A DNA stretch of 36,917 nt from a virus (lineage: Duplodnaviria; Caudoviricetes). The notes below the pieces were generated by a model that had not been told where the DNA came from, searched no databases, and saw only the letters and a list, made by a program, of their open reading frames with translations. Positions 34,111 to 36,917 of the stretch are shown here, one piece after another. The translations under genes were made by a program, and so were the position numbers. The DNA is taken from positions 1 to 36,917 of IMG/VR virus record IMGVR_UViG_3300044267_003212; one strand, written 5' to 3'. The first letter of the stretch is position 1. Each line of letters begins with the position of its first letter.

Positions 34111-35414
34111 TATAATTCCTCCACCCACTTACCTATAGTGTCTTTGTCTAATCCCCAATTTTCTAAAAGACTTTCACTTTTAGAAGTACCATCCCAATTA
34201 AGATATTGAACTACTTTCTTCAATTGGTCCTTCCGAGAGGTGTCGGATTCATCAATGTATTGTAACACAGCCTTTGCTTGCATTTCTTTCATACACAAGT
34301 GTGGTAAAAGCCCAGTGAGTAACTTTCTAAGGTCATCTTTAGAAGTAAAAGACACTCTATGTTGGCTTCTTTGACCATCTTTATACACCTTCTGGTCTAG
34401 TTGTAATGTACCGCAGTCTAAGACTTTGTGTAAATGTTCACAATGTAATCTACCTCGACTACCAGTTGCAATGAAAGAAGCCCTAGGTTCACCTCTGTCA
34501 GTGATGTATATGCTACCATCAGCATCTAAAAACCCTGCACTATAACCCCATATGTCTGAATCTTTGAGTACTAGGCCATCTGACTTAATTAGAACGTACC
34601 TTTGCTCACCCTTGTTAGTATCTCTAGCACCTTTGATGATGTTCATTTCTTCCCCATACATTTTGATTAATTGTGATAAACGTGTTGGAGTAGTGCCTCG
34701 TCTTCCTTGTAAACTAGGATTGTTTTCAATCATAGAACGAGTTGACATTGGGCCTCTTATAGAAAGTTCTTTTTTAACAGTGTCAAGTATCTGCATCTGT
34801 TTAGGAGACAATTTATCTATTTGATGTAAAGAACTTTTCCAAACTTTTCTAGCATCTTTCTTAAGTTGCATAGCGCTTACCCAAGCATTCTGTTCTTCTT
34901 GTCCCCAAACATCGTCAAAATCATCTAACATTTTGAGTGAAGCCTCTGCATTTTCCCACATATCACAAGCCTTTGTCAAAGAAGATTGGCGAGTATTGTG
35001 AAATAGTCTCAATGATTTCAAATCTCTATCCTCTAAACCCAATGCACGAATAGTATCTTGGCGATTATCTGCCCAACCAATAGCATTCAAGGTAGCCTTT
35101 ACCTCTTGTTCTTTAATCAAACGTATAGTATCGACTAATTCATCAATTTCTAACTTGATTGATTTTTGAAATCTACGAGACTTCTTGAGTTGTTTAACTA
35201 GTGTAGATGCATTCTTCCCAGTATAAGCCTTTAACCAACCTTCACCTGTAGGGGGAAATGGTAATTGGCGTACAACATCTTCTTGTTCAGGGAGTCTAAG
35301 AGAACTCTTTAAAATGGCATCAGCATCTTGATAATTACCATTTAACAAAGGATGTTTAACTAGTATATCTACTAAACTATTGTCACCACTACTTACCGAT
35401 AAAGAACTCCACAC
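34110..35414 (-). CDS. Free-standing single-motif LAGLIDADG endonuclease-domain protein with a long helical N-terminus and a wHTH-like segment (434 aa)
   Basis: YSAGFLDADGSIYI..LHKVLDCGTL..HRVSFTSKDDLRKLLTGLLPHLCMKEMQAKAVL resembles I-CreI-type domains; has its own start and stop. Confidence 0.85.
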   Translation of the reverse strand: MWSSLSVSSGDNSLVDILVKHPLLNGNYQDADAILKSSLRLPEQEDVVRQLPFPPTGEGWLKAYTGKNASTLVKQLKKSRRFQKSIKLEIDELVDTIRLIKEQEVKATLNAIGWADNRQDTIRALGLEDRDLKSLRLFHNTRQSSLTKACDMWENAEASLKMLDDFDDVWGQEEQNAWVSAMQLKKDARKVWKSSLHQIDKLSPKQMQILDTVKKELSIRGPMSTRSMIENNPSLQGRRGTTPTRLSQLIKMYGEEMNIIKGARDTNKGEQRYVLIKSDGLVLKDSDIWGYSAGFLDADGSIYITDRGEPRASFIATGSRGRLHCEHLHKVLDCGTLQLDQKVYKDGQRSQHRVSFTSKDDLRKLLTGLLPHLCMKEMQAKAVLQYIDESDTSRKDQLKKVVQYLNWDGTSKSESLLENWGLDKDTIGKWVEEL

Positions 35415-35427
35415 TATACCCCTCTCC

Positions 35428-36917
35428 CTATATCGTAAACCAACCTGAACTTGAACTTGACGGAGAACTAGTGGTTATCCAATCATCAAATCCGGGTAAA
35501 GCATCATCATCCAACAGAACAATATTGCCTCTAAATTCCTTTGTACCCCAGTTGGCTAGTGCTAAAGCCATAGCCATATCGTCATTGACACCAACACTTT
35601 CCATCTTTCCATCTTTATTCATACCAAAACGGTTGAGTTGGGTTTCTAAAGTACGAGTAAACTCTTTGCTCTTTTCATTTCCCCAAGGTGTTCTCATCTT
35701 ACCTTGCTCAAAAGCCATAAGAAGAGACATAAACATACTTTCTTTTCTTTGACGAGTAGTCATAACTGTACGAATAGGTATATCATCACGCATATCTTTC
35801 AACTCAGTTTCAAACATACGCTGAAAGTTGTTACCTTCTAACTCGATAAGTTCGGGTTTAAACCGATTGTTGAGTAAAATCATCTTTCTACGCTGAGCAT
35901 TACTGTTCAAACCCTTTTCATTTACAATATGAACTATCTGTTTTTCATCACTGTCAGGTGGATTACGTAATACTAGCATAGCAGTATAGTCTGCATTCTT
36001 ATCCGATGCAATTGCAGGGTCCCAACCTATGAAATGTTGACCAAAAACACCTGTATTTTCACCGTTTTCATCATATTCTGACTCTGCTTTTTCCAATAAA
36101 ACGAGGTTTTCATCCCTCGCATCCTCTAAAATATCGGCTGGGAACATACTAGATAGGTCGTGAATAGGCTCACAGAGGTATTCACGAGCGAATTTTATGG
36201 CTGGCATAGACGATTCACGTACTCTCAGGGCCTCTAAAGGCCACCTATTAGGCCATAATGGGTCACCATTTGCTAAAATTGCAGGGTATGTTTCGACTGT
36301 AAATGTGTCTTTTTCCTCTAATTCAGCGTACAAATCGTTGTAACTGAAGGGTGTACCTACCATCATAAGGCGAGAACTGTGATGCAGAACAGGTAAAAGT
36401 ACTGCATAGAACCAATCTGCGGCTCTTTGTAGTTCAGATGCAGATGTTCCCCATAGAATATCGTCACAAACTACCACATCTGGGTGGAAACCACGGGTAG
36501 CACCACCCACCGACTTAGCCATAATACGGCTACCATTACTGAAATCGAAGTAAGATTTGTTCCAAGGTCTACCTTGTGGCTTCAAATGCTTGAGTATAGG
36601 GGTGTTTTCTATCTGCATACGGATAAAACGCATGTGTTCTAGGGTCTGTTCTAGAGAATGTGAGAATATCATGATGCTAGTTTTCTCTGTAAATGCTGCA
36701 ATCCATAGGGCATATGACATAAATAGAGTAGATTTACCATGGTCACGGGACGCTTTTACGCAATAGAATCGATTTTCATTCAACCCTTTCTCCCATTGTC
36801 CGTGATGAGTAGAATAATCGAATCCAAGAATATCTTCAAAGAAATATCTGAATGATTTTTTTGAGTGTTCCCAATCAATTTCCTTCACTAGGTTGGCTAT
36901 AGAAGTTTCATCTTCCC
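35428..36917 (-). CDS. terL: Terminase large subunit (probably slightly 5'-partial)
   Basis: Walker A ASRDHGKST, Walker B VVVCDD, coupling motif VGTP, nuclease IGWDPA and DDMAMA. The frame stays open from the GTG at 36888 to the window edge (EDETSIANLVKEID). Confidence 0.95.
   Translation of the reverse strand, partial: EDETSIANLVKEIDWEHSKKSFRYFFEDILGFDYSTHHGQWEKGLNENRFYCVKASRDHGKSTLFMSYALWIAAFTEKTSIMIFSHSLEQTLEHMRFIRMQIENTPILKHLKPQGRPWNKSYFDFSNGSRIMAKSVGGATRGFHPDVVVCDDILWGTSASELQRAADWFYAVLLPVLHHSSRLMMVGTPFSYNDLYAELEEKDTFTVETYPAILANGDPLWPNRWPLEALRVRESSMPAIKFAREYLCEPIHDLSSMFPADILEDARDENLVLLEKAESEYDENGENTGVFGQHFIGWDPAIASDKNADYTAMLVLRNPPDSDEKQIVHIVNEKGLNSNAQRRKMILLNNRFKPELIELEGNNFQRMFETELKDMRDDIPIRTVMTTRQRKESMFMSLLMAFEQGKMRTPWGNEKSKEFTRTLETQLNRFGMNKDGKMESVGVNDDMAMALALANWGTKEFRGNIVLLDDDALPGFDDWITTSSPSSSSSGWFTI

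Larger units (their letters stand above)
1..36917 (-). mobile_element. Head-tail virus (Caudoviricetes) morphogenesis gene cluster, probably an archaeal virus (magrovirus-like); free virus versus provirus cannot be decided here
   Basis: Terminase-portal-protease-MCP-adaptor-terminator-tube-chaperone-TMP-tail order, all on one strand, with near-complete coding density and archaeal-type SD and TATA signals. Confidence 0.9.

Noticed and set aside
35428-35475. Ser-rich terminase tail with short gaactt-type repeats
   Set aside because: Simple low-complexity linker codons; no evidence for a separate function
462-36766. Dozens of plus-strand ORFs of 60-146 aa
   Set aside because: All lie antisense to long coherent minus-strand genes and have no recognisable motifs; they are treated as shadow ORFs
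34110-36888. LAGLIDADG as part of a terminase intein or intron
   Set aside because: The terminase motifs are contiguous and end at their own stop. The LAGLIDADG ORF has a separate start, no intein splice motifs, and no flanking space for a structured intron
1-36917. Gene transfer agent, suggested by the tiny TMP
   Set aside because: Not supportable from this window: no host flanks are visible, and the large accessory-rich cluster looks like an autonomous virus. The genomic context is needed
1-36917. CRISPR array, tRNA/rRNA, DGR, integrase/att site, alternative genetic code
   Set aside because: Intergenic gaps are too short (under ~40 nt). No repeat-spacer pattern, reverse transcriptase or recombinase was seen. 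TAA, TGA and TAG all terminate genes normally

Overview
This window is one co-directional (minus-strand) virion morphogenesis module of a tailed dsDNA virus (Caudoviricetes, HK97 fold). It is very probably archaeal. The major capsid protein style, the GGTGA/GAGGTG Shine-Dalgarno sites, the TATA-type promoters and the gene order resemble marine Poseidoniales viruses (magroviruses) and haloviruses; this is recognition, not a database result. Read right to left: terminase large subunit; a free-standing wHTH+LAGLIDADG protein; portal with Zn-ribbon insertions; three small head proteins; a ~1855-aa His-rich protein ending in an apparently inactivated ATP-dependent ligase fold; prohead protease/scaffold; major capsid protein; a decoration candidate; a HeH protein; four tandem small paralogues; a Zn-ribbon protein; a 565-aa charged protein; head-tail adaptor; tail terminator; tail tube; SAP protein; a G/G-T chaperone pair with a GGGTTTT -1 frameshift site; a ~153-aa tape-measure-like protein; two paralogous enlarged Dit-like proteins; and a >2,445-aa LamG-containing tail protein that runs off the left edge and is absent from the ORF track. 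The most notable observations are: (1) a miniature tape measure paired with a huge adsorption apparatus; (2) a dead-ligase giant protein in the head module; (3) a C-terminal 'MSW(D/E)E(V/I)HALA' motif shared by the scaffold and a second small protein; (4) recurrent hydrophobic-hydrophobic-Lys-(Ser/Ala) putative maturation-protease sites in many head-module proteins, including the LAGLIDADG protein; and (5) the same small modules inserted into nearly every neck and tail protein. No host genes, RNA genes, integrase or CRISPR array were seen.
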